64,000 nt of DNA, taken from assembly GCA_000004695.1 (NCBI GenBank), contig CM000151.3, positions 1,984,001 to 2,048,000 on the forward strand, written 5' to 3'. Shown one piece after another: positions 13,401 through 26,712 of this stretch (positions are counted from its first letter, which is position 1; the number at the start of each line of letters is the position of its first letter). The position numbers and the translations under genes are program-made. The notes beneath the pieces are model-generated. The model worked only from the letters and a program-made list of their open reading frames with translations, ran no database searches and was not told where the DNA came from. This DNA comes from Dictyostelium discoideum. Lineage: Eukaryota.

Positions 13401-16400
13401 CAGGTTGTGGTTATATTGATAATTTATTAAAAATATACAAATCACAAGATTTAACAATTAATCAAATGGGATTTAAATCACCATTAATTTTTATAGAAGG
13501 TGTTAATCAAGCTTTACAAACAAATATATTTAAAAAATCAACTTCTAACACCACCACCAATAATAATGATGAATTTAGAGTTGAATATCATTTTAATGAT
13601 CAAAAAACAAATCGATGGATTTTATCATCATTTGGTGATTTTCAATTATCAAATCATTCAAGTAACTCTGATAATTTAGAAAAGATAAATATTAAACAAT
13701 TAATCCAAAATCAATGTAATTTAACAAAATTATCAAGGGATGAATTGTATAGTCATATAAAATCTAAAACAGGTTTAACATATAATGGTGTATTCCAAGG
13801 TGTAAATAAATGTTATCTTGGTGAAAATTGTTCATTATCAGAGGTTTCATTAGAATTAAAGAGAGAGCCATCATCATTTTTCAATACTGCTGTATTAGAT
13901 ACATGTTTACATGGTATGCTTTGTTTGTTAGAGGAACAATCTCAATTGGTGTTTGATAGAATTGAAGGTTTTAAATACCATTCTTCAAATGTACCAACAA
14001 GTGAAGAAGAAATGAAAATACATTCTAATATTTATGTTTACTCTACTATTAATCCATCAAGAATTGGTGATTCATATTCTGCATCAATTGTAATAATGAT
14101 GGAAGATGGTACGGTTTTAATTGAAATTGAAAATGCAGTTTGTACATCTTTAACTCCAATTAAAGAATCAATATCAGTTAAATATCCAACTAATCAATTA
14201 TTTTCAATGTATCTTCAATCTAAAGATTCACCAATTCCATCACCATTAAATTTCAAATCATTATATAATCAAAACCAACAACAATTAAAAATAGATAAAC
14301 AATTTACAGATTGGATGCAAAAATGTGAAAAATTCATTTCAAATCAATTCTTTAAAAATATTGAAAAAAGAAATCCAGAAATTAATTTAGAAATTTTAAA
14401 TTCAAAAACCATTATTGAATTAAAATCAAAATATTGTCAAAATTTAAAAAATGAAAGATTATTTCAATTTGTTTTTGAAACTATTAAACAACTTGGTGTT
14501 AATGCCTATGATGATGATGATGATTTAACAATTGATTCAAGTGAAGATAGAAAAAGTATTTATGAAATTTTAATAAAATCAACTAAAGTAATTCCAAAAT
14601 TATTATTCCCATTAGAGGATGAAGATTTAACAATTGATTCACCACAATCTCTTTTTGAAAATGGTTTATTGGATAGATTTTATAATAATCCAAATTTAAT
14701 GACAAATCAATGTCAGCTTATTGCTCAAATTATTAAAGAATCTTTAAAACCATTATTAAATAAAAAGATGGTATTTAGAATTTTAGAAATGGGTGGTGGT
14801 ACATGTTCATTATCAGTTGTTGTATTAAATTTAATTAATCAATTACTTTTAGAGAATCCTTCATTTGAAATTGATATAGAATATACTTGGAGTGATATTT
14901 CACCATCGTTCATCTCAGCCGCTAAAGAAAAACTATCACATATAGATAAACGTATAAATATTCTATATCGTTCAATTGATATTGAGCAACCATTTATTGA
15001 AAAGCAAGATCTTAGTCCATCATATTATGATTTTGTAATAATGTCAAATGTATTACATGTTGTAAAGAAATTATCACCAAGTTTAGATGAAATTCATAAA
15101 ATACTCACTCCAAACGGTCATTTATTATTTGTTGAAATTCCATATAAAGAACTTATATCTGATAGTATTTTTGGTGCATTCAATCAATGGTGGGCATTTG
15201 AAGACACTGATATTAGAAAGGATAGATGTAGTATACCACCAAATCAATGGATTCAAGTTTTGTCGAATCACAATTATAAAGATACTATAGTCTCTGATAA
15301 TAAAGAATGTACATGGTGCTGTTTTGTTATTCACTCTCAAAAACCATCACTTTTAGAACTATCAAAAAAAATTGAATGTAATCAATATGATAATATTATA
15401 GTTTTTGGAAATGAAAATAGTCAAGATAATTTCACCAAATCTATAAAATTATCATATAATAATAATATAATTAAATGGGTATCAAATATTGTAGAAATTA
15501 AAAAGTTTATTAAATTAAATATTATTACAAATAATTCAATAATTTATTTTACAAAAGGTATTGAAGAATTAACAATTGATAATTTCAAATTAATTAATTT
15601 CCAATATATTCAAATTAATCAATTATTATTAAAATATGAATCAAAATGTAAAAATGTATTGGTTACTCGTGATTGTGATGGTTCAAATTATTTAGCATCA
15701 TCATTAATCGGTGCAGCAAGATATTTTGATGAATATCGTCAACTTGAATTATTTACTTTAGATTTTGATAATGATACAATTCAATCATGTGATGAATGTA
15801 GTAGTAGTAGTTGTAGCAATTTAATTAAATTAATTGAACCATTAATTGATCCAAAAATTAATATTCAAAGAGAATTTTTAATTAGAAATAATCGAGTTTA
15901 TTTTGAAAGAGCAAAATTAGAAACAAATTTAAAGAAATCTTTTAAATCTGAATCATTTGAAAATAGTAATAAATTAATTTCAACATTAAATTTTAATTTA
16001 GATTATCAATTACAATCCAAACCATTTAAACAATTACTACAAAATGAAATTGAAGTTGAAATTAAAGCAACAGGTATTAATTATAGAGATTATTTAGTAT
16101 TTACTGGTTCTTTACCAATTGAAAAAACTAATCATAATGGAATATCAAATCAACCTGAATTTGGTGTTGATTTTTCTGGTATAGTTACCAAAGTTGGTGG
16201 TGGTGGTGGTAATGGAGAATTTAAAGTTGGTGATAGAGTTTATGGCATTGGACATAATACAACATCATCACATATAACAATTGATTCAAGATATGCTAGT
16301 TTAATACCAAATAGTTTAGATTATATTGAAGCTTCATCAATAACATCTTCATATATATTGTCATTGTATGGTATTTTTGATATTGGTAATTTAGATATTC

Positions 16401-18148
16401 AAGATAATGAATCAATTTTAATTCATTCAGGTACTGGTGGTATTGGTTTATCAGCATTAAATTCATTGAGATGGAAAGGTCATAAATCCCATCTATTCGT
16501 TACTGTTAGTTCAAAAGAAAAAGAACAATACCTTCGTGATAATTATGGTTCGTTCATTACAGGAATTTATTCAAATAAAGATAAGAACTATCCAAAATTA
16601 ATTAAAGAAAAGTTAAATCAATTAGGATCAAATAAACAAGGTGTAGATTTAATATTAAGTAGTTTACCAAATGGTGATGATAATTTAAATTTTAAATGTT
16701 TAGCAAAGAATGGTAGAATAATTGATCTTTCAAATAATATTGATTTATTTAATATTAGTAAAAGTAAAATTAAGAAATTGTTAAATACAATTAATGATGG
16801 GTTTGAAAGTGGTGAATTACAAGTGATACCAATTATTGAATTTTCAAACTCAAATATTAGAGATGCAATTGAATTTATTAATGAACGTCAACATATTGGT
16901 AAAATAGTTATATCTCATGATGATTCAAATCTATTAATTGATTTAATTAATAAACATTCAAACCAACCAAATTATTCAATACTAAAATCAGATTACCAAA
17001 TTTCTCAATCAAATTTAGGTAAAAATATATTAATTACCGGTCAATCAGGTATAGTTTTAGAAATTTTAAAATGGATTATTAAATTTTCAAATTCAATTGA
17101 AAATGTTATAATTTTATCAAAATCATTAATGAAATGGGAATTGGAATTATTAATTGGTAAAACAATGAAAAAAGCAAATAACAAAATTAAATTTCATTTC
17201 AAGAGTGTTGATGTAAGTGATTCAATACAAGTTGAGAATTCAATTAATCAAATTTTAAATGATAATCCAAATATTGTAAATATCGATTCAATTTTTCATT
17301 TTGCATTTACTCAAATAACTAAAAAAGTTGAAGAAATTGATATGGAAAGTTTAAATGTATCTCATAATGCCAAAACTATTGGTGCAATTAATTTACATAA
17401 TCAATCAATTAATAGAAATTGGAGATTGAATAATTTTGTAATGGCATCATCTGCAACATCAATCATTGGTTCAACCGATCAGTGTAGTTATGTTTGTGCA
17501 AATACTGTATTGGATTCATTATCAAAGTATAGAAAATCAATTGGGTTGCCATCAATTTGCACAAATTATGGTGCTATTGAATCAGCAGGTTTCGTATCAA
17601 AGAATGAATCTGTTGCGGCAATGTTTAATGGTATTGGAATTATTTCAATCTCAACCGATTTAATATTGGGTACATTGGATTTACAAATTCAAAATCAACA
17701 ATCTTCAACCAATTTAATGTTGAGTGATTTTAATTTTTTAAATTTTGTAAATAATAATTTACAATTATCATTAATCTCAAAATTTGATTTCCAAACTAAT
17801 TTAGCTAAAAATCAAGTTAATGAAAAATTACAAAACCAAACCCAAAATCAAAACCTTCAAATTCAATCACCATCATCAACAACTGATTGTCAAACAATTA
17901 TTAAAGATTCATTTTTACATAAAATTTCTGAAGTACTATCAATTGATATTTCAAAATTAAATTTGGATTTGAAATTATTAGACTATGGTGCTGATTCTTT
18001 AGCAATTGTTCAAATTAAAAATTGGATCGATATGGAAGTATCACCAAATTTAATTGTCATTCAACAACTTCAAACTTTTACAATAACTTCATCCATTCAA
18101 TATACAATTAATTCATTTTTAAAGAAAAAAGTTCAAAGCCAAGAATAA
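10416..18148 (+). CDS. Highly reducing type I iterative polyketide synthase (KS-AT-DH-cMT-ER-KR-ACP); join(10416..11037,11115..18148), 2551 aa
   Basis: KS: DTACSSSL active site, then GGVNLII|GTAAAT. A 77-nt intron ends ...CTTTTTAG|ATCCATAC. AT: [16 protein letters not shown]: [15 protein letters not shown]-MeT: [12 protein letters not shown]: [17 protein letters not shown]: [17 protein letters not shown]: [17 protein letters not shown]. The protein ends ...KKKVQSQE* with no type III PKS (Steely) tail. Confidence 0.9.
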
Positions 18149-19095
18149 ATAAAAAAAAAAAAAAAATTAAATTTTGATTATAAATTTTGGTTTTTTTTTT
18201 TTTATTATTTTATTTGGTTTCCTCAAATTGTGAAAAGTAAAAAAAAATAAAATAATGTCACCCCTTACAAATCCAAACACCTTTTTTTCGACACCTAAAT
18301 TTTTATTATTTACAAATTAATTTTTCAATTTTATATATATTTATTTAACTTAAAAAAAAATAATTTCCATAATTTCTTGATCAAAAAATAAAAAAAAAAA
18401 TAAAAAAAATAAAAATAAAAATAAAAAAAAAATAATAAATTTTCATGAAAATTTGTTGTTGAAAACAGTTGCCATTGCAAAAAATTATTTGAAAAAAAAA
18501 ATTTTCAAAATTAATTCAAATAAAAAAAAAAAAAAAAAAAAACATAATCGCAGGGAAAACTGTTGTCTTTTTTTTTTTTTTTTTTTGTTTTTTTTTTTTT
18601 TTTTTTTTAGAAACTAGGGAAATAAAATATACCAAACCATCATTACATTATAAATATAATTTAAATAATAAAAATAAAAAAAAATAAAATAAAAAAATAA
18701 AATAAAAATAAAAAATAAAATAAAAATAGATCAACAAAAAATAAATAAATTAATTTAAAAATAAAATAAAAAATTAATTTGAAAAAATAAAAAAATAAAA
18801 AAATAAAAAATAAAAATAGAATAAAACAAAATAAAACAAAACAAAATCAAATTTATAATCAAATTTTAAATAAAAAAAGAAAAAAAAAATAAAAACATTA
18901 ACTCAGTTTTTTTTTTTTAATAATAATAATAATAAAATAACAGAAAAATTATATTGTTTTTTTATTTTTTTTATTTTTTTTTTTGGAATTTTTTTTTAAA
19001 TTTTTTTTTAAATTTTTTTTTTTTTTCTTTTCTTTTTTTTTTTTTTTTTTTTTTTTAATGAAAATAAAAAGTAAAAATAAATAATAAAAAAAAAT

Positions 19096-19126
<31 letters not shown>

Positions 19127-19146
19127 TATAACTTTCTTCATCATCA

Positions 19147-19190
19147 TAATCACCATCACCATCACCATCACCATCACCATCATCACCTTC
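19147..19190 (+). repeat. (CACCAT)n microsatellite in the presumptive 5' UTR of the PP2C gene
   Basis: caccatcaccatcaccatcaccatcaccat lies about 40 nt upstream of ATG 19225. There is no in-frame ATG, and a stop separates it from the CDS. Confidence 0.6.
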
Positions 19191-19224
19191 ATCAAATATT
19201 AAAACCCAAGTTTAAAATTTTAAA

Positions 19225-19384
19225 ATGGTTTTAAATTTAGTCTCTGATGAGAATGGATTGGATATATCATTCATTTCATATAATGTTACTTTTATAGATA
19301 GATGTGCTCAATTCACTGTAACACTAAAATATAAAAATTTATCAAGTTTACCATTACCATTAAAGTACATATTTTAATTAATTT

Positions 19385-19431
<47 letters not shown>

Positions 19432-20583
19432 CACTTTTTACTTTTTACTTTTTTTATTTATTTATTTATTTAATAACTAACAGTCCATTTTCTAAAATAA
19501 ATAAATAAATAAAAAATTTAAAACATAAAAAATAATAATAATAATAAATTTATAAAAATTCAATTTAAATATTTATATATTAAAAAAATAAAAAATAAAA
19601 AATAAAAAAAATAAAAAAGATTTAAGAATGATGGTAGAGATTTAGGAATTTTAATACAATTAGAATCAAAGATTGGTGAAGAAGTAGGAGCATTTAAAAT
19701 AGAGAATTCAAACTTAACAAGTATAGACTATCCATTATTAAAATCATATGGTATGAGTCCTGAAATAGAGAATAGTGGTAGTGGTAGTAGTAGTGGTAAC
19801 AACAATAATAATAATAATAATAATAATAATAGTTTGGTACATGGGGATATAAATATAGAGGAATTAATAAAGAATATGACAATCGATCAATATTACGATA
19901 ACAAAGTATCAATGATGAATATCGTTGATCTTATGCCCGGTAAAGAGATTACAATGATTTCAAAATATTTAAAAGAATTACCAACTATAAAAACTAATAA
20001 CAATAATAATAATAATAATAGCAAACCAAATCCAAATATAGATAGTAGTAATGGAGATGAGATAATATCGATAACCATACCGAAACAGACATCAATAACA
20101 TCACCATTCCCACCAATAAATATAGAGATTACAATCGATGGTGAAGTTAGTATACCACTTCACTCATCGGTATGTCCATCACATCCATCATCAATTTCAT
20201 CATTGACCCTATGTGAGAATATCATATCATCGAAACATGATATCAAAAGTAATTCCTTATTGAATGATGATTTCAATTTACTCATTGGTTTAGAATCAGA
20301 ATTGCATCACAGTGGTTGGACAACATGTACATTATCACCCTCCTCATCACCTCCATTATTATCCTCCTCTCCAAATTCACTACCACCAACCACTGTAATT
20401 TCAACTTTGATAAATTTAAATCAACCAACACCACCACTTGTCGATAGAGTTTCTTTTAACAATGTAGAATATAGTCTAAATAGTTCATCAACAACAACTA
20501 CATCTTATAGTAATAATAAACAAACTATAATTTATAGTTTGAATAATAATGATAATAATACAAATAATACAAATAACAATACA

Positions 20584-20614
<31 letters not shown>

Positions 20615-21955
20615 TAATTTTAAAGTATAATAATAACAAAGAATTTAACCTTTTATTAAAAACCCCAACTTTACCCTCTTCATCGAGTATTTTAAATAAA
20701 TTTTCTTCACTTTCAAAAATTCAACAATTATGTAAAAATAATGATAATAATAGTAATAATAATAATGATAATAATAAAAATAATGATAATAATAATAAAA
20801 ACAATGATAATAATAATAATAGTAATATAGATACAGGTACAGGTTTAGATATAGGTACATTATTGAATATAATATTCACAACATCAAATAATAATAGTAA
20901 TTTAGTAAATAATAATAATAATAGTAGCAATACGATAGTGTCACCACTTTCACAATCAGCACCACCAATTAATAATAATAATAATAGTAATAAAGATATA
21001 TCAATGATTGAACAAAATATAACGACAACATCATCACCACCAACAACAATAACAACAACATCACCACCATTACCAAAACTTCAAGAATCTGGTGAACTTT
21101 TATCAAATATGTTATCGAATTTACCAAAAGCGAAATTAGGGGGATTAAATCAACAAAGTTTAACAGCACCACCATCAGTTGGTAAAGATCTTTCAAATCC
21201 AATTGCAGATTTCATAGCAAGTAGAGCTGCAGCAGGTGGTTCAAGTGGTAGTAATAAACCCAAGAAGGGACCACCACCTAAATTGGGTGGTTTAGGTGGT
21301 GGGTTGAATACCTCAACAGGTGCAGGTGGAATTGGTGATGTTAGAGTACAAAGATTGGCAAGTTATAATAAAGTCAACCAATTATGGAATGTTTCATCAT
21401 CAGATTTTGCACAACGTGTTTCAATTACCCTAAGAGAACTTGAACCCTATGCAATTGATTATGCATTGTCTCATATTAAATCAAAGTGGTGGGACAAGAA
21501 TAGGATAGCAACACTAGCTGAAATCAAATGTATACATTCTATAATCTCTTCAATCATTAATAGTCCAAAAATTAATTTAACATATATTTCTCCATCATCA
21601 TCATCATCAACAAACTCTTCAAATTCAGACGCAAAAGATCAAACATCAACCACTACAACCACCACTACATCATCACCAACTCCAAGTGCTTCAGATGTAG
21701 CAGCAAGTAGATTTTTATTACAAAAAGGTAGTTTTACTGATTTAACAAAATTAATGGGAAAACCACAATCATCATCATCATCATCATTATCACCCTCATC
21801 TTCACTCAATCCTTCACCATCAACCTCATCAAATTCTTTATTATCACCATCATCACCAAGTAAAACGAGAAAAGAGGTAGAGATGGAAATTGATCCAGTA
21901 AAACTGAGATGGATTGTTGAAGAAGTTTTAAATGGTGAAAAAGCGTCAATAGAGA

Positions 21956-21999
<44 letters not shown>

Positions 22000-22919
22000 G
22001 GTAATAAATGGTTTAGTGTAAGTATTGGAGAAACAAAAGGAGGTAGACCTCATATGGAGGATAATCATGTTATTCTTGAGTATCCATATGAATTATATGG
22101 TTTAGAGAAAAAGAAAAGTGTAGATTCAATAGCAGGTGCAAATAGTAATAGTAATAATAATAATAATAATAATAATTGTATAAGTATTTTATCATCAAAT
22201 GAACAATTCTTTTTTGGTGTATTTGATGGTCATAATGGAAAGATAGCAGCTGAATACTCAAGAGTTAATTTACCTTATGAAATTTTTAATAGCTTTATAA
22301 AAATTAACAAAGTTGGCAACAGCGCAAACAATAACAATGTTGATGATTTATGTTTGGAGGCTATCAAACAAGGCTATTTGAATACAGATAAATACTTTTT
22401 AGATTATGCAGAATCTGATAATAAGAAAGCAGGTACAACAGTTGCAACAGTGATCTTGGAAAGAGAAAGATTTATCGTTTCAAATGCAGGTGATACAGAG
22501 GTTGTATTATGTTCAGGAGGCATTGCTGAACCATTGTCAATCATTCATACACCAAAATTAGATACTGAAAGAATACGTATAGAGAGTGCTGGCGGTTCAA
22601 TCATTCATTATGGTACACTAAGAGTCAATGGTTTATTGTCAGTATCTCGTTCCATTGGTGATAAGAATTTAAAAGAATTTATTATACCAAATCCTGATTC
22701 CCACATTCACAATATCAATAAACCCAATGACCAATTCTTAATGATTGCAACTGATGGTCTTTGGGAAGTTTTTAACCATCAAGATGTAGTCAATGAAGTC
22801 CTAAAATTATTACAAGATAAAACTATTCAAAAAGATGATATCTCTTCAATCATTGTTGAAGAAGCAATTAAAAGAAATTCAAAAGATAATATAACTTTAA
22901 TAATTATTTTCTTTAACCA

Positions 22920-22926
<7 letters not shown>
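19225..22926 (+). CDS. Large low-complexity protein with a C-terminal PP2C (PPM-type) Ser/Thr phosphatase domain; join(19225..19364,19620..22926), about 1149 aa
   Basis: Exon 1 MVLNLVSDENGLDISFISYNVTFIDRCAQFTVTLKYKNLSSLPLPL + AA|GTACAT (phase 2). Acceptor AAAAAAG|A at 19620 restores the frame into ...FKNDGRDLGILIQ...MSPEIENSG.... PP2C motifs: GGRPHMEDNH, FFGVFDGHNG, NAGDTEVVL, ATDGLWEV. Poly-N, poly-S/T and GPPPKLGGLGGG tracts. Confidence 0.65.
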
Positions 22927-22963
<37 letters not shown>

Positions 22964-23026
22964 AAATCAAAATCAAAATCAAAAATCAATAATATTAATT
23001 AGGAAAAAAAAAAAAAAAAATAAAGG

Positions 23027-23065
<39 letters not shown>

Positions 23066-23611
23066 TAAAATCAAAAAATAAATAAAAGTTTAAATTTTAA
23101 ATGCAACTTTTATTAAAAATATCAATAAATAAATTTAAAATTTTAAAGTTAATGTTCAAATTATTTTTATTTTATTTTATGATTTTTATCTCGTCATTTG
23201 ACTTTTTCTTTTTTGATTTTTTTTTTTTTAAAATTTTTTTAATTTTTTTTTTATTTTTTTTTTTTTATTTTTCATTTTTTTTCGATTTTTCCACTCACAT
23301 TTATTTATTTTTTTTTTTTTTTTATTTTTATTATTTTTTTTTTTTTAAAATTATTTTTTTTATTTAAATATTATAAAAAAAAAAATAAACAAAACATTCC
23401 CACACACACACACACACACACCAACAATACCAACAACAACGGCAGCAAAAATATATTTTTTTATCACATAAAAAAAAAAAAAAATAAAAAACAATAAAAC
23501 AATACTTTAAAAAAAAGTTCTGTTTTTTTTTTTAATTTTTTAGTTTTTATTTTTATTTTTTCAGAAGGTGGGCAAAAAGCGAATAAAATAATAAAATAAA
23601 ATAAAAACAAG

Positions 23612-24422
23612 ATGATTGTTGATGAAGAAGATGGACCTTTAGTTGGAGAGGAGGTCAATAACAATAATAATAATACTATTGATAATATTACAAATGAAGA
23701 AAGTGATGAAAACAGTGGTAGTGTAAATAATAACAACGATAATGGCAATGGTGTAAGATCAAGATTCAATAAAAAAGATGATCAAACATCAGAGAGTAGC
23801 GATGATCAAACTTTACCACAACCACCACAACAACAACAACAAAGTAACAGTAACAGTAATAATAGCAACAACAATAAAAATGTACCAAAATTAGTAAAGA
23901 TGGTAGTTTCAAGCGATAGTGAATCTGATTTAAATAGTAACAAAAACAATATAAATCCAAACGCTTTAATTGGTGTTTGTGCTGATGGTACTAGATTCCC
24001 ATTACCTTATACAAAGAATCCACTTACATTACATCCAATCAGTGAATGGTCTTTCTTTGATTATGCAAAGAATGCTTCATTAGCAAGTTTATTATTATTA
24101 TTATTCAATTTACCAGGTTGGGTAAGTAAATTTATACACCTATAAATGAAATATATATATACATTTAGAGATAGAGAGAATGAATATTTACTAATTAAAA
24201 AAATAAAAAAAAAATAAAAAGGTTTTCATTGCTTGGTTTATATTTTGGAGATTTATGTATAACATCGGACTTGGTTTATTACTTAGATATCAATCAAATA
24301 CAACATTCATCACCAAATTCGTTAAAACTTGGTCAAATCCTTCTCATCCATTATATCCACATTTAAAACAATTTTGTACTTCAGGTATGGGTTCAGACTA
24401 TGATTTTGATGTAAGTAATTTA

Positions 24423-24458
<36 letters not shown>

Positions 24459-25354
24459 GTCATTAATTTTATTTTATTTTAATTTTTTTTTTTTTTTTAT
24501 AAATACAGAATACTCCAGCTGAATATAATGCATGGTTAGCATTTAGACACATTGTTGATATTGTTTTAGCAAATGATTTAGTAACCTATGTTGTATTTGC
24601 GTTAGCATATTATGAAATTCCAAAAGATGTAGGATTCTCTATTATTCCAATCTATTTGTTAGGTGCATTCTTATGTGCATTCACATTTTGGGCAAAGACT
24701 GATGCATACCGTGTCGTTAAAGATTTCGCATGGTATTGGGGTGATTTCTTCTTTTTAGTTGATCAAAAATTAACTTTTGATAGAGTTTTCTCAATTTCAC
24801 CACATCCAATGTATACAATTGGGTATGTAAAAATAATAATTAATAATTAATAATAATTTATAATACTAATACCAATATATATATATAAATAAATAGGTAT
24901 ACATTTTATTATGGAGCAAGTTTAATAACACAAAGTTATACAGTACTTTATGTTAGTTTATTCGCACATTTTTGTCAATTAATATTTTTAGTACTTGTTG
25001 AAGATCCACATATTCAAAAGACTTATCCAGAGATTGTAGAAGATCCACATATTACACGTGAAAAAGTTAAAACTTATTTCGGTCATGATTTGGTTGTAGT
25101 AAAGAATTTCCAATTCCTTCGTGCAGCTGATCTTTTCACTTTGTTAATTGTAATCTATACATTGGCATTGAATTTATTATCACTTCCAACTTGGTTCTAC
25201 ATTGTTCAAGCTATCTTTTGGAGATGTGTTCTTTCATTTGGTTTAGGTTGGGTACTTAGATTACAATCAAATCAACAATGGTGGACAAATAAATATCAAT
25301 CTGTTCTTGGTAAAGATAAATTCATTTCTTTTGAAAATTGGAAAAAGTAAGTTT

Positions 25355-25386
<32 letters not shown>

Positions 25387-25422
25387 TAATCCATAAATAC
25401 TAATTTATTATTTTTTATTTAT

Positions 25423-25457
<35 letters not shown>

Positions 25458-26203
25458 TTTATAATTTATGTTTAATTATGGCACATATTTCATTTACATC
25501 ATGTTTTTTCAAATATGTTCAAATTGATTTCAATTTCTTTGGATCAATCTTTTGGAGACAAATTTTAGGTTTAATGTTAATTTTAATCAATTTATGGAGT
25601 TCCTTATCAACATTTGAAGTTTTGGGTGAATTTGGTTGGTTCTATGGTGATTTCTTCATTGAAGATATTCCATCCAATCTTTATTATACAGGTATCTATA
25701 GATTTTTAAATAATCCAGATTCTGTAACTGGTTTCGCTGGTTTCTATGGTCTCAGTTTAATTGCCGGTAGTTTCCCATTATTTGCCTTGTCAATATTCTC
25801 ACAAGTTGCCAATTTCCTCTTTATCAAATTCGTTGAGAAACCACATATGAAGAGACTCTATGGAAGTAAAGTACGTTCTCAAAGTGGTATTTCCAAAGGT
25901 ATTCAAGAGATTGTCAATGAATTAACTGAAACTTCACCACCAATTCAAAAATTAGTTACAAAAACTCGTAATCTTACTGAACGTGTTGAAAGAAGAGTTT
26001 CTGATCGTATTAATTCCTTTGTTGATGAACTTCAAAAACATGGTATTCCATTATCAACTGAACAATTTGAAATTTTAAAAACTTTAAAAGAGAAATATAA
26101 TAATAATAATAATACTTCACCAAGTGATAGTGATAATAATAATAGTAATAATAATAATAATAACACTAATAGTAATAATAATAAAAAATCAAAGAAAATA
26201 TGA
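23612..26203 (+). CDS. Cho2-type phosphatidylethanolamine N-methyltransferase (two PEMT-like halves), 5 exons: join(23612..24121,24222..24410,24509..24822,24897..25346,25456..26203), about 736 aa
   Basis: Donors GTAAGT (24122, 24411), GTATGT (24823), GTAAGT (25347). Acceptors AAAAAG|, TACAG|, AAATAG|, AAAAG|. All phases close. Conserved PEMT motifs: FAWYWGDFFFLVDQ...SISPHPMYTIG|G-YTFYYGASL in half 1, and GEFGWFYGDFFIEDIPSNLYYTGIYRFLNNPDSVTGFAGFYGLSLI in half 2. Confidence 0.8.
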
Positions 26204-26404
26204 TCAAATAATAAAAAATTAAAATAAAAAAAAAAAAATAAAAAATATATATATCAATAATATCGCAAAAGTATCAATTCCACATTTAAAAATAGTAATA
26301 CAACCATACTATTATCGATAATAAATCATTAATTAAATTAATATTTATTTTTAAAAAAAAAACAAAACAAAACTTTTTATTTATATAAAATTGTATTATT
26401 AAAT

Positions 26405-26647
26405 TTATTTATTTTCAATATTTGGAGAATGACAAATTTGTAAATGGAATTTATAATTTTTAATTTGACATTCTTTTGAACAATAATAAACCTTTTTACA
26501 TTTTGAGCATTTTTTTAAAGGAACATTCTTTTTAAAACAAGTTTGACAAACTTTAATTAATGCACTGGTGCTCGAGCTCGATGATGATGATGATGAAAAA
26601 GAGGAGGAAGATGATTTTGAAGGTGATTGGGGTTGTTGTTGCTGTGG

Positions 26648-26712
<65 letters not shown>

